From NCBI GenBank assembly GCA_014874485.1, contig JADBJK010000055.1, positions 10,243 through 74,242 of the forward strand: a stretch of DNA of 64,000 nucleotides. Direction: 5' to 3'. Position numbers and translations under genes: made by a program. This DNA comes from Chloroflexota bacterium. GTDB lineage: Bacteria > Chloroflexota > Anaerolineae > DTLA01. The notes under the pieces are model-generated. The model was not told the origin of the DNA, searched no databases, and saw only the letters and a program-made list of their open reading frames with translations. This document shows, one piece after another, positions 41,128 to 51,281 of this stretch (positions are counted from its first letter, which is position 1; each line of letters opens with the position of its first letter).

Positions 41128-42339
41128 CTACTCGTACCGCAAGCGCCAGAACCCGAGGCCGAAGAACACGGCGGCGAAGGCCAGCAGCACCCCCGCCTCG
41201 GGCAGGATGCCGCCAACCCCCTGCCCGCGCACGACGATGTCGCTGAACCCGGCCATGGCCCACGTCGTCGGGAATATCCGCACCACCTGCTGGTACACCT
41301 GCGGCGTGATCTCCAGCGGCCACCACGCGCCCCCTAGTGCCGCCATGAGCATGCCGCTGCTGATGGCCATCCAGTTGGCCTGGCTGGGCGTCTTGGCTAC
41401 GGTACCCACCAGCACGCCCAAGGCCACGAACGCCAGCGCGAAGGCCAGCATCATGAGGGCCAGCGCCAGCGGCGACCGTCCCCAGTTGACACCCAAGACC
41501 AGCGCCCCGAACACAATCAACAGCGCCATCTGCACCATGCCGTGGATCAGCCGCCCGCCGATTTTGCCGCCGAGGATGATTTCCCGCCCGACCGGCATCG
41601 CCAGCAGACGGCGCAGCGTCCCCTGCCGCCGCTCATCAATGAAGATGGCGGCCACCCCGATGAGGGGAATGGACACCCACGTAACCAACTGCCCCACCGA
41701 CGACTGTTCGGCAGCGTTGGCGCTGGTGCGGATGACTTCGGGCGCGTAGGTCGTCTCGGCGCGGGCGGGCGGGTTCGCCAGCAGTTCCTGCGCCATCGCC
41801 ATGGCCTGCTGGAAGTACGCCCGTCTCGCCGCCGCGTCGGCGAAGGGGCGTATCCGTTCGGCCTCGGCGACGCTGGCGGTGGCTGCCAGGACGGCGTTGC
41901 TCACCCTGTCCGCCGCGGCGCGCACGGCTTGCTCCACCGCCAGCGCGCGCGTGTCGTTGGGCGCCTGGGTCAGCGTGAGGTCCGACACGCGGCCCGCCAT
42001 CAGCGCCTCGCCGAACCCGGTGGGGATGATGAGCGCGGCGGCCACCTTGCCGTCCTTGACCAGGGCCTCGGCCTCGGCGCGGGTTCGGGCGACCGGCCTC
42101 ACCACATCCGACTCTGCGAGGAGCGCCGTCAGTTGGGACGACAGGGCGCTCGCGTCCTCGTCCGCCACCGGCAGGGTGTAGCGGTTGTCGCCGTCGGAAC
42201 TCCCGCCCCCCGACATCGTAGCGGCCAAGATGAGCGTGAAGATAACGGGCAGGACAAGGAAGAAGATCAGTTCGGACTTGTCCGCGAACCCCATCTTGAA
42301 GTCCAGCCATGCAATCGCAAGCAGTTTTCGCATTTCCAT
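41128..42339 (-). CDS. ABC-2 exporter permease
   Basis: N-terminal TM, large extracellular loop, ERRQGTLRRLL, LGGAWWPLEI..PTTWAM. Confidence 0.9.
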   Translation of the reverse strand: MEMRKLLAIAWLDFKMGFADKSELIFFLVLPVIFTLILAATMSGGGSSDGDNRYTLPVADEDASALSSQLTALLAESDVVRPVARTRAEAEALVKDGKVAAALIIPTGFGEALMAGRVSDLTLTQAPNDTRALAVEQAVRAAADRVSNAVLAATASVAEAERIRPFADAAARRAYFQQAMAMAQELLANPPARAETTYAPEVIRTSANAAEQSSVGQLVTWVSIPLIGVAAIFIDERRQGTLRRLLAMPVGREIILGGKIGGRLIHGMVQMALLIVFGALVLGVNWGRSPLALALMMLAFALAFVALGVLVGTVAKTPSQANWMAISSGMLMAALGGAWWPLEITPQVYQQVVRIFPTTWAMAGFSDIVVRGQGVGGILPEAGVLLAFAAVFFGLGFWRLRYE

Positions 42340-42353
42340 CCCTCGCAGCACAA

Positions 42354-43616
42354 TCACGCGTACTGCCGGCGGAAGATGACCGACGCCGCGATGAACAGCA
42401 CCACGGCCAGCGCCAGAAGCCCGGCAATAGGCACGAGCACGTCGCCCAGCGTCCCGCCCGCCGTCAACTTGTTGAACGCGTCCAGGCCCCAGGCGTTGGG
42501 CGTGATGAGCGACGCCGTCCGTATCCACTGGGGCAGGGCCTGGCGGGGGAAGAAGTTGCCGGCCAGCCCGCCGAAGGCCAGCGACAGAATCGTGCCCATC
42601 TGGTTGGCCTGGCCCGCCGTGCGTGCGTAGGCGGCCAGGACCAGTGCCCAGCCTGTAGCCGCCGCGACCAGCGCCAGCGTTACGGGCACCACCGCCGAAA
42701 GCGGGCCGTACTTCACGCCGAGCATGAGCCTGCTGGCCACCAGCAGGATGCCCATCTGGGCGAGGCCCGTCAGGTAGATGCCGCAGACCTTGCCGCCCAG
42801 CACCTGGAACGCGGTTGTGGGCGTCGCGAGCAGGCGGGGCAGTGTGCCCCAGTCGCGCTCGGCGAGCAGGGTCTTGCCGCCGTTGCTCACCGTGAACATG
42901 AGGAACAGGATGGCCATGCTGGGGGCCATGTACGTGAGCCAGTCAAACCCGCCCTGGGGGTCTTCTGCGGCAGTCTCGCCCTTGACCGCGATGAGGCGGG
43001 TCTCGGTGGCCTGGCGCGCCGCCCGCTCGCCGATTTCCATGCCCTTGGTCAGCGCCTCCTGCGGCGCGAGGAGGCCGCTGGCGATGAGTTGCGACACGGC
43101 TACCTGCCCGCCCGCCGCTCCCGCCGAAACCCGGCTGAGGAACTGGTCCACGATGCCGCGCACGATGCCCGCGCTGATGGGACGGTCGGGGTTGGCGTAC
43201 ACTTCCACCACGGCCTGCGGGCGGTTCGCCAGCGCCGAGGGGTCGCCGCTGGCCAGGCCCGACGGCACGATGCTCTCGCTCAGGTCGGCCGGGATGACGA
43301 CCGCCGCCGCGGCCTTGTTGGCGTCCACAGCGGCGCGAGCCGCCGCCTCGTCCGCCGTTACGGTAACGTCCAGCAGGTCGGCCAAATCGGGCGACTGGAA
43401 GGTCTGCTGGAGGTAGCCGCCGAACTCGCCGCCATCGTGATTCACCACGAACACAGGGATTCCGCTGAGGCCGCCCCCGCCGCCGCTCAGGCCGCCAAAC
43501 GCGAACGCCATGACCAGGGTGAGCGCGTAGGGCGCGGCCAGCATGATGATGAGCGCCGTCGGGTCGCGGAATGTGGTAACGAGGTCCTTCCACGCCACGT
43601 TGAGAATCTTGCGCAT
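42354..43616 (-). CDS. ABC-2 exporter permease
   Basis: AWKDL, ERDWGTLPRLL.TP, LAGNFFP, ITPNAW. Confidence 0.9.
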   Translation of the reverse strand: MRKILNVAWKDLVTTFRDPTALIIMLAAPYALTLVMAFAFGGLSGGGGGLSGIPVFVVNHDGGEFGGYLQQTFQSPDLADLLDVTVTADEAAARAAVDANKAAAAVVIPADLSESIVPSGLASGDPSALANRPQAVVEVYANPDRPISAGIVRGIVDQFLSRVSAGAAGGQVAVSQLIASGLLAPQEALTKGMEIGERAARQATETRLIAVKGETAAEDPQGGFDWLTYMAPSMAILFLMFTVSNGGKTLLAERDWGTLPRLLATPTTAFQVLGGKVCGIYLTGLAQMGILLVASRLMLGVKYGPLSAVVPVTLALVAAATGWALVLAAYARTAGQANQMGTILSLAFGGLAGNFFPRQALPQWIRTASLITPNAWGLDAFNKLTAGGTLGDVLVPIAGLLALAVVLFIAASVIFRRQYA

Positions 43617-43626
43617 GGCCGACCTC

Positions 43627-44577
43627 CTAATCCCGCAGCGCCCGGCCCGTCAGGTGCAGGAACACGGCTTCCAGCGTCGGCTCCTGGATGTCCACCGAGC
43701 GCACCTTGACGCCCAGTTCGTTGGCTTTCGTGATGACCGGCGGCAGGGCGTCCTCCGCTTCGGGGACGATGAGCACGATTTCGTGGTCGGCTGTGGAGAC
43801 CCGGACCACGCCCGGCACGCCCCGCAGGGCTTCGGCCAGCGGCTCGGCGGCTTGGTCCTCCGCCAAGTGCAGGCGCAGCGTCTCGTGCTCGCCCACCAGC
43901 CGGGTGAGTTCCTTCTGCGTGCCCAGCGCGATCAACTTGCCGTGATCCATGATGCCCACGCGATGGGAAAGTTCTTGCGCTTCCTCCATGTAGTGGGTCG
44001 TGTAGAGCACGGTCATCCCCTCGCGGTTGAGTTCCTTGACCATGTCCAGGATGTTGCGGCGGCTCTGGGGGTCTATGCCCACCGTCGGCTCATCCATGTA
44101 CACGATCTGCGGCTTGTGGAGCAAGCCGACGGCGATGTTGAGCCTGCGCTTCATCCCGCCGGAGAAGGTGCCCACCCTGGACTTGGCCCTGTCGGCCAGC
44201 CCGACCTGCTGCAGGACTTCGTCCACGCGCCGTGACAGTTCCCTGCCGCCCATGCCGTACATGCGCCCCCAGAAGACAAGGTTCTCCCGCGCACTGAGGA
44301 CGTTGTACAGGGCGATTTCCTGCGGCACCACGCCGATGGCGCGCTTGACCGCCATCGGCTCGCGGATGACCGAATGGCCCGCCACGAACGCATCACCTGC
44401 GGTGGGGGCGAGCAGGCAACTGAGCATGGAGATGGTGGTCGTCTTGCCCGCGCCGTTGGGCCCCAGTAGGCTGAAGATTTCCCCCTGCTGGATTTCAAAG
44501 GACACGTCGTCCACGGCCAGGACGTTCTCGGGCATGTACCGTTTGGATAGGTTCTGAACCCGGACTATGGCTGTCAT
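43627..44577 (-). CDS. ABC exporter ATP-binding protein (DrrA/YfiL-like)
   Basis: GPNGAGKTT, FSGGMKRR, MDEPTVGIDPQSR, TTHYMEEA, FLHLTGRALRD. Confidence 0.95.
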   Translation of the reverse strand: MTAIVRVQNLSKRYMPENVLAVDDVSFEIQQGEIFSLLGPNGAGKTTTISMLSCLLAPTAGDAFVAGHSVIREPMAVKRAIGVVPQEIALYNVLSARENLVFWGRMYGMGGRELSRRVDEVLQQVGLADRAKSRVGTFSGGMKRRLNIAVGLLHKPQIVYMDEPTVGIDPQSRRNILDMVKELNREGMTVLYTTHYMEEAQELSHRVGIMDHGKLIALGTQKELTRLVGEHETLRLHLAEDQAAEPLAEALRGVPGVVRVSTADHEIVLIVPEAEDALPPVITKANELGVKVRSVDIQEPTLEAVFLHLTGRALRD

Positions 44578-44671
44578 TCGCTCCTCCTCACCGTTTGTGT
44601 GCATTCGCGGTTTCTCTCCGTTATGCGATTCTTGGCGGCTGCGCCGCCGGGGGGTTCGCCGGAACGACCGC

Positions 44672-46027
44672 CTACAGCAGACGGGAAATCCACGCGGCGA
44701 TGTCGTCCACCACTTCGCGGGCCACGTTGCCGGCCACGTCGTACTCGGCGGGGTTCGGCTGGCCGCTGCCCGCCATGAACAGGTGGTTCAGGCTGGGGTA
44801 CGACTTGAACTGCACGCCGGAGCGGTCGGCAAGCCCCGCCTTCCACGCCGCAAAGTCCGCCATCGTAACCTGGTAGTCCCGCTCGCCCTGGAGGATGAGC
44901 ATGGGCACGGTCAGCGATTGCGCCGTCGCGACGGGGTCATAGGCCAGGATGTCGGCCCAGTACGCCTTGCCCGCGCCCAGGATCACCTCGCCCTCCTTGA
45001 AGTCCAGCGCCTTGACCCGCTCCACCTGCTGGCGGAGTTCGTCCAGCGCCTGCGCCTCTTCCGGTGCAACCGTGCCGTCCAGTGCGGCCAGGTACTCGCT
45101 CTGCGCCAGCATGAGGTCGGCCAGGTTCCGATTGCTGGCCGCCAGCAGGATGAGGCCCGCCAGGCGCGGGTCGCGGGCCGCGATGCGCGGGGCCACAGTT
45201 CCGCCCAGGCTGTGGCCCAGGACGAACACCCGATGGGGGTCAATGCCGCTGACGCCGCGCAGGTACTCGGCAGCCGCCAGCGCGTCGTTCACAACCTCCT
45301 CGTTGACGGTCAACGTCGCCATGGACGCCATCATCTGGCCGGGGCACTGCTTGGTGCGCTTCTCGTACCGCAGGACGGCGATGCCCCGCGTCGCAAGCCC
45401 CCACGCCAAATCCTTGAACGGCTTGTTGGGGCCGATGGTCTCGTCGCGGTCATTCGGCCCCGACCCGTGCACGAGGACGACCGCAGGGAACGGCCCCGCG
45501 CCCTTGGGCATGGTCAACGTGGCCGGGAGCGGGCAATCGCCGTCGGCCAGGGAGACCTCCGTCTCCGAGAAGGCGGCTGGGTCAGCGTAGTCGGGCGTTC
45601 TTCAGGTGCCCCCGCTGCCGGGCGGGACAAACCACAGTCCGGCGATGCGCCCCTGGGCATCAAAGACCACCTTCATGTCCAGCGGGTTGCGGGCGAAATC
45701 GCAGGCTACGTAGGCGATGCGATATCCGGCCTCCTGCGTCATCCGCACCTCCTTGATGCCCTTGAGGTCGCCGACGTTGCGGATGACCTCCTCCCACGTG
45801 GCCTTGAGTTTGGCGACGGGGAACGCCGCGGCCATCTGGGGGTCAAACATGGCGGCGGCCTCGGCGTACTTGCGTTCCGCCAGCAGGTTGGTGAAGTACC
45901 GCGCGGCGGTCTCCAGGTCGCCGGATGGCGGCGTGGGCATGGGGGTAGGCGTGGCCTTCGGGCTGCACGCGCCGAGCAGGAGCAGACCCAGGGCCAGCAC
46001 ATAGGCGGGCGTCCAACTTCGCTTCAT
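44672..46027 (-). pseudogene. DUF3887 + alpha/beta-hydrolase lipoprotein interrupted by one in-frame TGA (45604-45602)
   Basis: Lipobox LGAC and a DUF3887-like domain, then GGT-TGA-RTPDYAD...LPATLTMP..VHGSGP.DRDE, GHSLG, QGERDYQV, LNHLF, all in one frame. Confidence 0.75.
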
Positions 46028-46254
46028 GGCAGGCTCCTCAATAGCGAATTCCACGGCGCGGAATTGGGGCCATGCCGCGCCGCAGGTACCGCGCACGATT
46101 GTGCCAGAGCCTGGCCTGAGTGTCAAGACGCGGTGAGGCCGGGGCGCGGGGCGAGAACGTTCATCCGCGAATCACACGAATCGGCACGAATAGCGATTCG
46201 CGCCCATTCGCGGACAGCGTCGGCAGAAATGCTCCGCAGGTCAGGCTACGGGCC

Positions 46255-46520
46255 GGGGCGGGGGCGTTTGGAGCGCGAAGGCGCGAAAGACGCGCGGGGC
46301 TGAACCCCGCGCTGAAGGGACAAAGCCCCGTTGGGGCTTGGGTAGCCCGCAGGGCTTCGCCCATTCAGCCCGACGGCTTCAGCCTCGGGCCGGGGGCGCG
46401 AGGCGTTTGGAGCGCGAAGGCGCGAAAGACGCGCGGGGCTAAACCCCCGCGCTGAAGGGACAAAGCCCCGTTGGGGCTGGGGCAGCCCGCAGGGCTTCGC
46501 CCATTCAGCCCGACGGCTTC
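46255..46520. repeat. 139-bp tandem duplication of a GGGCTGAA../..TTCAGCCC REP-like unit
   Basis: GCGTTTGGAGCGCGAAGG... at 46264 and 46403. Confidence 0.85.
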
Positions 46521-46610
46521 GCCCATTCGGGGAGGGGGCGCCGCGCCCGCATTTGACATCCGGGCGCAGTGGTACAAAATGCAGCGCAGAACCCCACGCC
46601 GGAGACCGAC

Positions 46611-47192
46611 ATGCCGTCAGGGAAAATCCACCAGCGGGTCAACGAGGCGGCGCTGCTGCTCGGCACGCCCACCGCTTTTGCCCTCACGTGGTACGCCACG
46701 TCCGACGTGCGGATGGCGCTGGAGATCACCGGCTACGCCCTGGCGGGGATGCTGTTCGGCACCTATTTCGCCGACCCCGACCTGGACCAAGACCACATCA
46801 CGCGCACCGAGGCGCGCATTCGCCGGTGGCCCGTCGTCGGCATCCCGCTGTACATCGCGTTTGTGGCCTTCTGGTATCCCTACGCCAAGCAGACGCGCCA
46901 CCGAGGGCTGTCGCACGCGCCCATCATCGGCACGTTGCTGCGGCTGGGGTACATCCTGCTCGTCTTCACGCTCATCAACACGATTGGCCGGTGGATTCTC
47001 TTCGGTACGCCAAAGGGGTGGGGCGACCTGCTGACCTCGCTCATCGTGTGGATGGTGCGCCGTCCCGAGCAGGCCGGGGCATGGATCGCGGGCGAGTGCC
47101 TTGCGGACCTCCTCCACGCCCTGGCCGACCGCCTGTGGCCCGCGACGGTGCGAACGGCGTCGGTCCGCTGGAGCCTGCGGAACCGCGAGTGA
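46611..47192 (+). CDS. DUF2227-family metal-binding membrane protein
   Basis: MPSGK.H, PDLD, W.PY, HRGLSH.PIIGT..R..Y, H..AD. Confidence 0.85.
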   Translation: MPSGKIHQRVNEAALLLGTPTAFALTWYATSDVRMALEITGYALAGMLFGTYFADPDLDQDHITRTEARIRRWPVVGIPLYIAFVAFWYPYAKQTRHRGLSHAPIIGTLLRLGYILLVFTLINTIGRWILFGTPKGWGDLLTSLIVWMVRRPEQAGAWIAGECLADLLHALADRLWPATVRTASVRWSLRNRE

Positions 47193-47201
47193 GAGGCGGC
47201 G

Positions 47202-48164
47202 CTAGCCTGCGGCCGTCGGCGCAGCCACGGGGTTGCGCAGCGTGCCCAGCCTCTCTATCGTGGCCTCCACCACGTCGCCCGGCTTCAGATACCACGACGT
47301 GTCCGGCTCCCGTCCCAGCGCCACGCCCGACGGCGTGCCCGACGTGATCACGTCTCCGGGCTCCAGCCCCATGCGCGACCAGTAGGCGATGAGGGCCGCG
47401 AAATCAAAGATGAGGTCGCTGGTGTGCCCGCGCTGGCGAATTTCGCCGTTCACGCGCAACTCCATGCTCAGCACGTGCGGGTCGGGCAGTTCGTCCGCCG
47501 TGAGCAGGTACGGCCCCATTGGGCAAGACGTGGGGAAGTTTTTGCCCAACGTGAGGAACCCCGCTTTCATCTCGGCCACCTGCACCTCGCGGGCGCTCAC
47601 GTCGTTGAGGATGGTGTACCCCGCCACGTGCCGCAGTGCGTCTTCAGGCCGGATGCCCGTCCCGCCCACGCCGATGACCGCCGCCAGCTCCACCTCGTAG
47701 TCCAGTTTCTGCGTCCACGGCGGCATGACGATGGCTTCCTCGGGGCCGATAACCGACGACGGCGCTTTGAGAAAGGCCAGGGGCATTTCGGGCGGCTTGG
47801 CAGAGAGCCCCTTCGTCTCCTCCAGATGCTTACGGAAGTTGAGGCCTGGGCAGATGATTTTGCCAGGGCGGGCAATGGGTTCCTCTAGCCGAACCTGCGC
47901 CAGAGGCACGGCGACGCCGAACGGCAGGGCATCCCAGCGGCGCAACGCTGCATCCAGAACCCTGCGGAGCATGTCCAGGCTCTTCGCCCACGAACGCAAG
48001 AGCGGAAGGACGTCGTTGGGGATGGGCGCGTAGCGGCTGGCGGGGAACGCCCATGCCCGCGCCCGGGCCACGTCCAGCACGTGAAGCCCGTCGGGGCGCT
48101 CCACCAGGATCCCAAGCCTTCCGCACTTCCGGCTCTTGGCAGGGCAATAACGCACAAGTTTCAT
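47202..48164 (-). CDS. Fumarylacetoacetate hydrolase family protein
   Basis: KIIC.GLNF..H, LDYEVEL, NDVSAR, GKNF, PGDVITSGTPSGV. Confidence 0.92.
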   Translation of the reverse strand: MKLVRYCPAKSRKCGRLGILVERPDGLHVLDVARARAWAFPASRYAPIPNDVLPLLRSWAKSLDMLRRVLDAALRRWDALPFGVAVPLAQVRLEEPIARPGKIICPGLNFRKHLEETKGLSAKPPEMPLAFLKAPSSVIGPEEAIVMPPWTQKLDYEVELAAVIGVGGTGIRPEDALRHVAGYTILNDVSAREVQVAEMKAGFLTLGKNFPTSCPMGPYLLTADELPDPHVLSMELRVNGEIRQRGHTSDLIFDFAALIAYWSRMGLEPGDVITSGTPSGVALGREPDTSWYLKPGDVVEATIERLGTLRNPVAAPTAAG

Positions 48165-48204
48165 CGCGGCCTCCTTGATGGGTGTCGGAATGATGGGCGG
48201 GCGG

Positions 48205-48525
48205 TCATGCCCGAATCATGACGAGCATCATCTTGAACCGCTGCACAGCCTTCAGCGCGTGGGGCTTGTGCGCGGGCATCAGGATCATCTCGCCGGCGCG
48301 CACGCGGAACGGCGTCCCCGCGATGGTGATTTCGGCTTCGCCATCCAGCACGAGCACCAGCGCGTCAAACGGCGCGGTGTGTTCGCTCAATCCTTGCCCC
48401 TCATCAAAGGCAAACAGCGTAACCGTGCCCGTCTTCTGGCTGACGATTTCGCGGCTGACCACCGCGCCGTCCTGGTACGCCACCAGTTCCGACGGGTTCA
48501 CGACCTGCGCGTCCAAAGCGCCCAT
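48205..48525 (-). CDS. Cupin domain protein
   Basis: TLFAFDEGQGLSEHTAP.DA, MPA..PHAL.A. Confidence 0.9.
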   Translation of the reverse strand: MGALDAQVVNPSELVAYQDGAVVSREIVSQKTGTVTLFAFDEGQGLSEHTAPFDALVLVLDGEAEITIAGTPFRVRAGEMILMPAHKPHALKAVQRFKMMLVMIRA

Positions 48526-48737
48526 AGGTGTCCTCCAGAGGTTTGATGATCGGTGCAGGCCCATCATATCACACTTCCGCCCGCGAATCAACGCGCGCCC
48601 TCGCGGCTGCGTCGCGTGCACCCCCGCCCGTCTGGCGTGCTGCCGTCGGCCGGAACATGGCCTTGACGCGGCTTCGCATCTGCGGTAATCTTGCGCCACG
48701 CACAAACCGACGAAGGCAAAGCGAAGGAGCGACAGCC

Positions 48738-49607
48738 ATGGCTGAACTGACAGAAACCCGCATACCGGTCTCCGACGGCATCCACCTGCACGCGGTTGTC
48801 GCCGGGCCGGAGGATGGGCCGCTTGTGGTGCTCCTGCACGGATTCCCGGAGTTCTGGCACTCGTGGCGGCGGCAGATACCGCCCCTGGCGGAAGCCGGTT
48901 TCCGCGTCGTCGCCCCCGACCAGCGCGGCTACAACTTGAGCGACAAGCCGCGCGGCGTGCACGCCTACCGCCTGGACGCGCTCACCGCCGACGTCGCCGC
49001 GATCCTGGACTGGGCCGGACGCGACCGCGCCGTCATCGTGGGGCACGACTGGGGCGGGGCGGTGGCCTGGCGCTTCGCCATGGACTACCCCCAGCGCGTG
49101 GAGCGGCTCGTCATCATGAACGCGCCGCATCCGGTGGCCTTCGCGCGAGAGATGCGCCACTGGAGCCAGCGGCGGCGCAGTTGGTACATGTTCTACTTCC
49201 AGATTCCGTGGCTGCCGGAGACCCTGTTCGCGCTGTCGCCCTTGGGCACGGCGCGCCTGTTCTTCCGCAAGGCCGCTTTCCGCAAAGGCGCGTTCTCGGA
49301 CGACGACGTGCGGGCGTTCGCCACGGCGATGGGCCAGCCCGGCGCGCTCCGCGCCATGATTCACTGGTACCGCGCTGCGTTCCGATACCCGCCTGCCCAG
49401 CGCGTGCGGCCGATAGAAGCGCCGACGCTGCTCATCTGGGGTGTGAAGGACATCGCGCTGGGCGTGGAGTTGACGCGCGGCCTGGAGAAGTGGGTGCCCA
49501 ACCTGACCGTGCACTACATCCAGGACTGCGGCCATTGGGTGCAGAACGAGGCAACGGAAGAGGTGAACGCGGCGCTGCTGGGTTTCCTGCGGGCATCGGG
49601 CGCATAG
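48738..49607 (+). CDS. Epoxide hydrolase-like alpha/beta hydrolase
   Basis: LLHGFPEFW, PDQRGY, GHDWGG, GHWVQ. Confidence 0.92.
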   Translation: MAELTETRIPVSDGIHLHAVVAGPEDGPLVVLLHGFPEFWHSWRRQIPPLAEAGFRVVAPDQRGYNLSDKPRGVHAYRLDALTADVAAILDWAGRDRAVIVGHDWGGAVAWRFAMDYPQRVERLVIMNAPHPVAFAREMRHWSQRRRSWYMFYFQIPWLPETLFALSPLGTARLFFRKAAFRKGAFSDDDVRAFATAMGQPGALRAMIHWYRAAFRYPPAQRVRPIEAPTLLIWGVKDIALGVELTRGLEKWVPNLTVHYIQDCGHWVQNEATEEVNAALLGFLRASGA

Positions 49608-49742
49608 CGGAGACCGCAGAGATTTACTCCGAATTCTCCGCGATCTCTGTGTTCTCTGCGGTGAACTGGATTCACCACAGAGACGCAGAGAACACAGAGA
49701 TTTCCTTCAAAATTCTCCGCGCGCTCTGCGTCTCTGCGGTGA
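49607..49742. repeat. TTCACC(G/A)CAGAG..GCAGAG palindromic repeats
   Basis: Same family as 13534, 40748 and 55241. Confidence 0.8.
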
Positions 49743-49864
49743 TAGAGGCCAGGTATGGACAGCGGCATCCCGTCGTGCGAATTCGGGTCATTCGCGGATG
49801 ACGCTTTCAGAGCGCAGGGCGGAACTTGCACATCTCGCCCGTCAATGCTATAATGTACGCGCTT

Positions 49865-49938
49865 GGGCGAGTAGCTCAGTCGGTCAGAGCGCACGGTTCA
49901 CATCCGTGAGGTCGTAGGTTCGAGCCCTATCTCGCCCA
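49865..49938 (+). tRNA. tRNA-Val (anticodon CAC)
   Basis: Acceptor GGGCGAG/CTCGCCC, anticodon arm CACGG-TTCACAT-CCGTG, T-arm GTTCGAG; CCA not fully encoded (ACCT); promoter TTGCAC-17-TATAAT at 49826-49854. Confidence 0.96.
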
Positions 49939-49999
49939 CCTTCGGTCGCGAAGCGTGCCCCTTCGCGACTTTTTTCTACCTCATCGCAGGAGGTGCGCC

Positions 50000-50677
50000 A
50001 TCGGACACACGCTCCAGGCCAGCCTGTGGGTCGCCGCTTCTGTCCTCGTGTACCTCGCCGCGTCCCTTGTCTTGGACACTGCGGAGACGAGCCCCGATGC
50101 ACCGTTCCGCCGAGTCCTCCTTCGCGCGCGGCAGACCGGCCTTGACCGCCTGGCGGGGCTTGCGTACTACGTGGGCCTGCCCTTCGTGGCCATGCTGGCG
50201 GGCGCGGCGGACTTCCCCCTCCATCTGGGCCTTGCGGGCATGGATTGGCCGGCCTCGCTGGCCAGGGGGGCTGGGCTGGGGGTGGCCGTGTTCGTGGGCC
50301 TGGCGGGCATCGCCGGATACGCGCGCCGCCATGGACTTGGACAGCGGGCCTCCGGCAAATCCAACACCGACTGGGATGCGTGGCTCGTGGCCCTGTGCCA
50401 GCAGGCACACTGGGCGTTCTACCGGCTCCCCGCCATCCTGCTCACGGGCGATTTCCTGCTGGGCACGTCCCTGGGCGCGACGCTGGCGCTGCTGGAGCGC
50501 GTGGCCGACCCGCGTTGGCGTCGCCAGGCCACGAGTGCCGATGCCGCCCTGGGTGCATGGCTGGATGTGGCGCTCCTCGTAGGGATGTCGGCGGCGTTCT
50601 ACCTCGTGCGCAATTTCTTTGTCCTGTGGGGCGTTCACGCCCTGCTCATCTGGGCGGTGCGTAAGGCGTTTCGCTGA
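50000..50677 (+). CDS. Hypothetical membrane protein, weakly CPBP/Abi-like (start uncertain)
   Basis: Multiple TM segments, QQAHWAFYR and terminal VHAL; AGGAGG lies 6 nt before an in-frame ATC. Confidence 0.65.
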   Translation: MGHTLQASLWVAASVLVYLAASLVLDTAETSPDAPFRRVLLRARQTGLDRLAGLAYYVGLPFVAMLAGAADFPLHLGLAGMDWPASLARGAGLGVAVFVGLAGIAGYARRHGLGQRASGKSNTDWDAWLVALCQQAHWAFYRLPAILLTGDFLLGTSLGATLALLERVADPRWRRQATSADAALGAWLDVALLVGMSAAFYLVRNFFVLWGVHALLIWAVRKAFR

Positions 50678-50709
50678 CCGTCGGGCGCGCTCGTGGGAAC
50701 GAGAAAAGG

Positions 50710-50973
50710 GGAGCGAAGCGAAGCAAATCCACGAATCGCACGAATCTACACGAATGCAGGGGGGCCATTCGTGTTCATTCGCGCGGGTTGGCGGTTTCTC
50801 CACATTGTCATTGCGAGCGAAGCGAAGCATCTCGGTCGGCGAGATTCTTCCGCGCTGCGCCGCTCAGGATGACAATGGTAAACTTGTAGGGGCGACTCGG
50901 CGAGTCGCCCCTACTTCGGGCACTCCGTGCCCTCGGATGACACACCATCAGGAATCACTGTGGCAGAGTACCC
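50710..50973. repeat. Composite palindromic repeat cluster ending in an A-type shell end
   Basis: CACGAAT module, GTCATTGCG module, GTAGGGGCGACTCGGCGAGTCGCCCCTAC, and end CACACCATCAGGAATCACTGTGGCAGAGTAC. Confidence 0.8.
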
Positions 50974-51002
50974 GCGCGTCTCGCCGGGTTGCGGGGATGG
51001 GC

Positions 51003-51260
51003 CTACGCCAGGAGCAGGCTCAGCACCACGAGCACAACCAGCATGACCGCTGCGATGATGCCCAGCCGCCGCAGGTCTTTCAGCACGTAGTGGTACTCCT
51101 GCTTGAAATCCACCGCCTGGCCGCGCTTGTAGGCCGTGGCCGCTGCGGCTTCCTTCTGAGCCGGGGCCGCGGCCGCCTTCACCGGTCGGTCAAACGTCGT
51201 CTGCGGCACCGGTCGCCGTTGGGCGCGCGGCCTCTGGGACTTCCTCGTCTTCTTCGCCAT
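51003..51260 (-). CDS. Small basic protein with a C-terminal TM helix
   Basis: SD GGAGG; DFKQEYHYVLKDLRRLG followed by a hydrophobic tail. Confidence 0.75.
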   Translation of the reverse strand: MAKKTRKSQRPRAQRRPVPQTTFDRPVKAAAAPAQKEAAAATAYKRGQAVDFKQEYHYVLKDLRRLGIIAAVMLVVLVVLSLLLA

Positions 51261-51281
51261 GTCTTCCTATCCTCCGATGAA

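Noticed and set aside
45602..45604. Selenocysteine at the DUF3887-hydrolase TGA
   Set aside because: No redox motif context and no well-placed SECIS; a nonsense change is more likely.
49865..49960. tRNA-Val as an integration site for an island
   Set aside because: No integrase, no duplicated tRNA 3' end seen, and no composition shift downstream.
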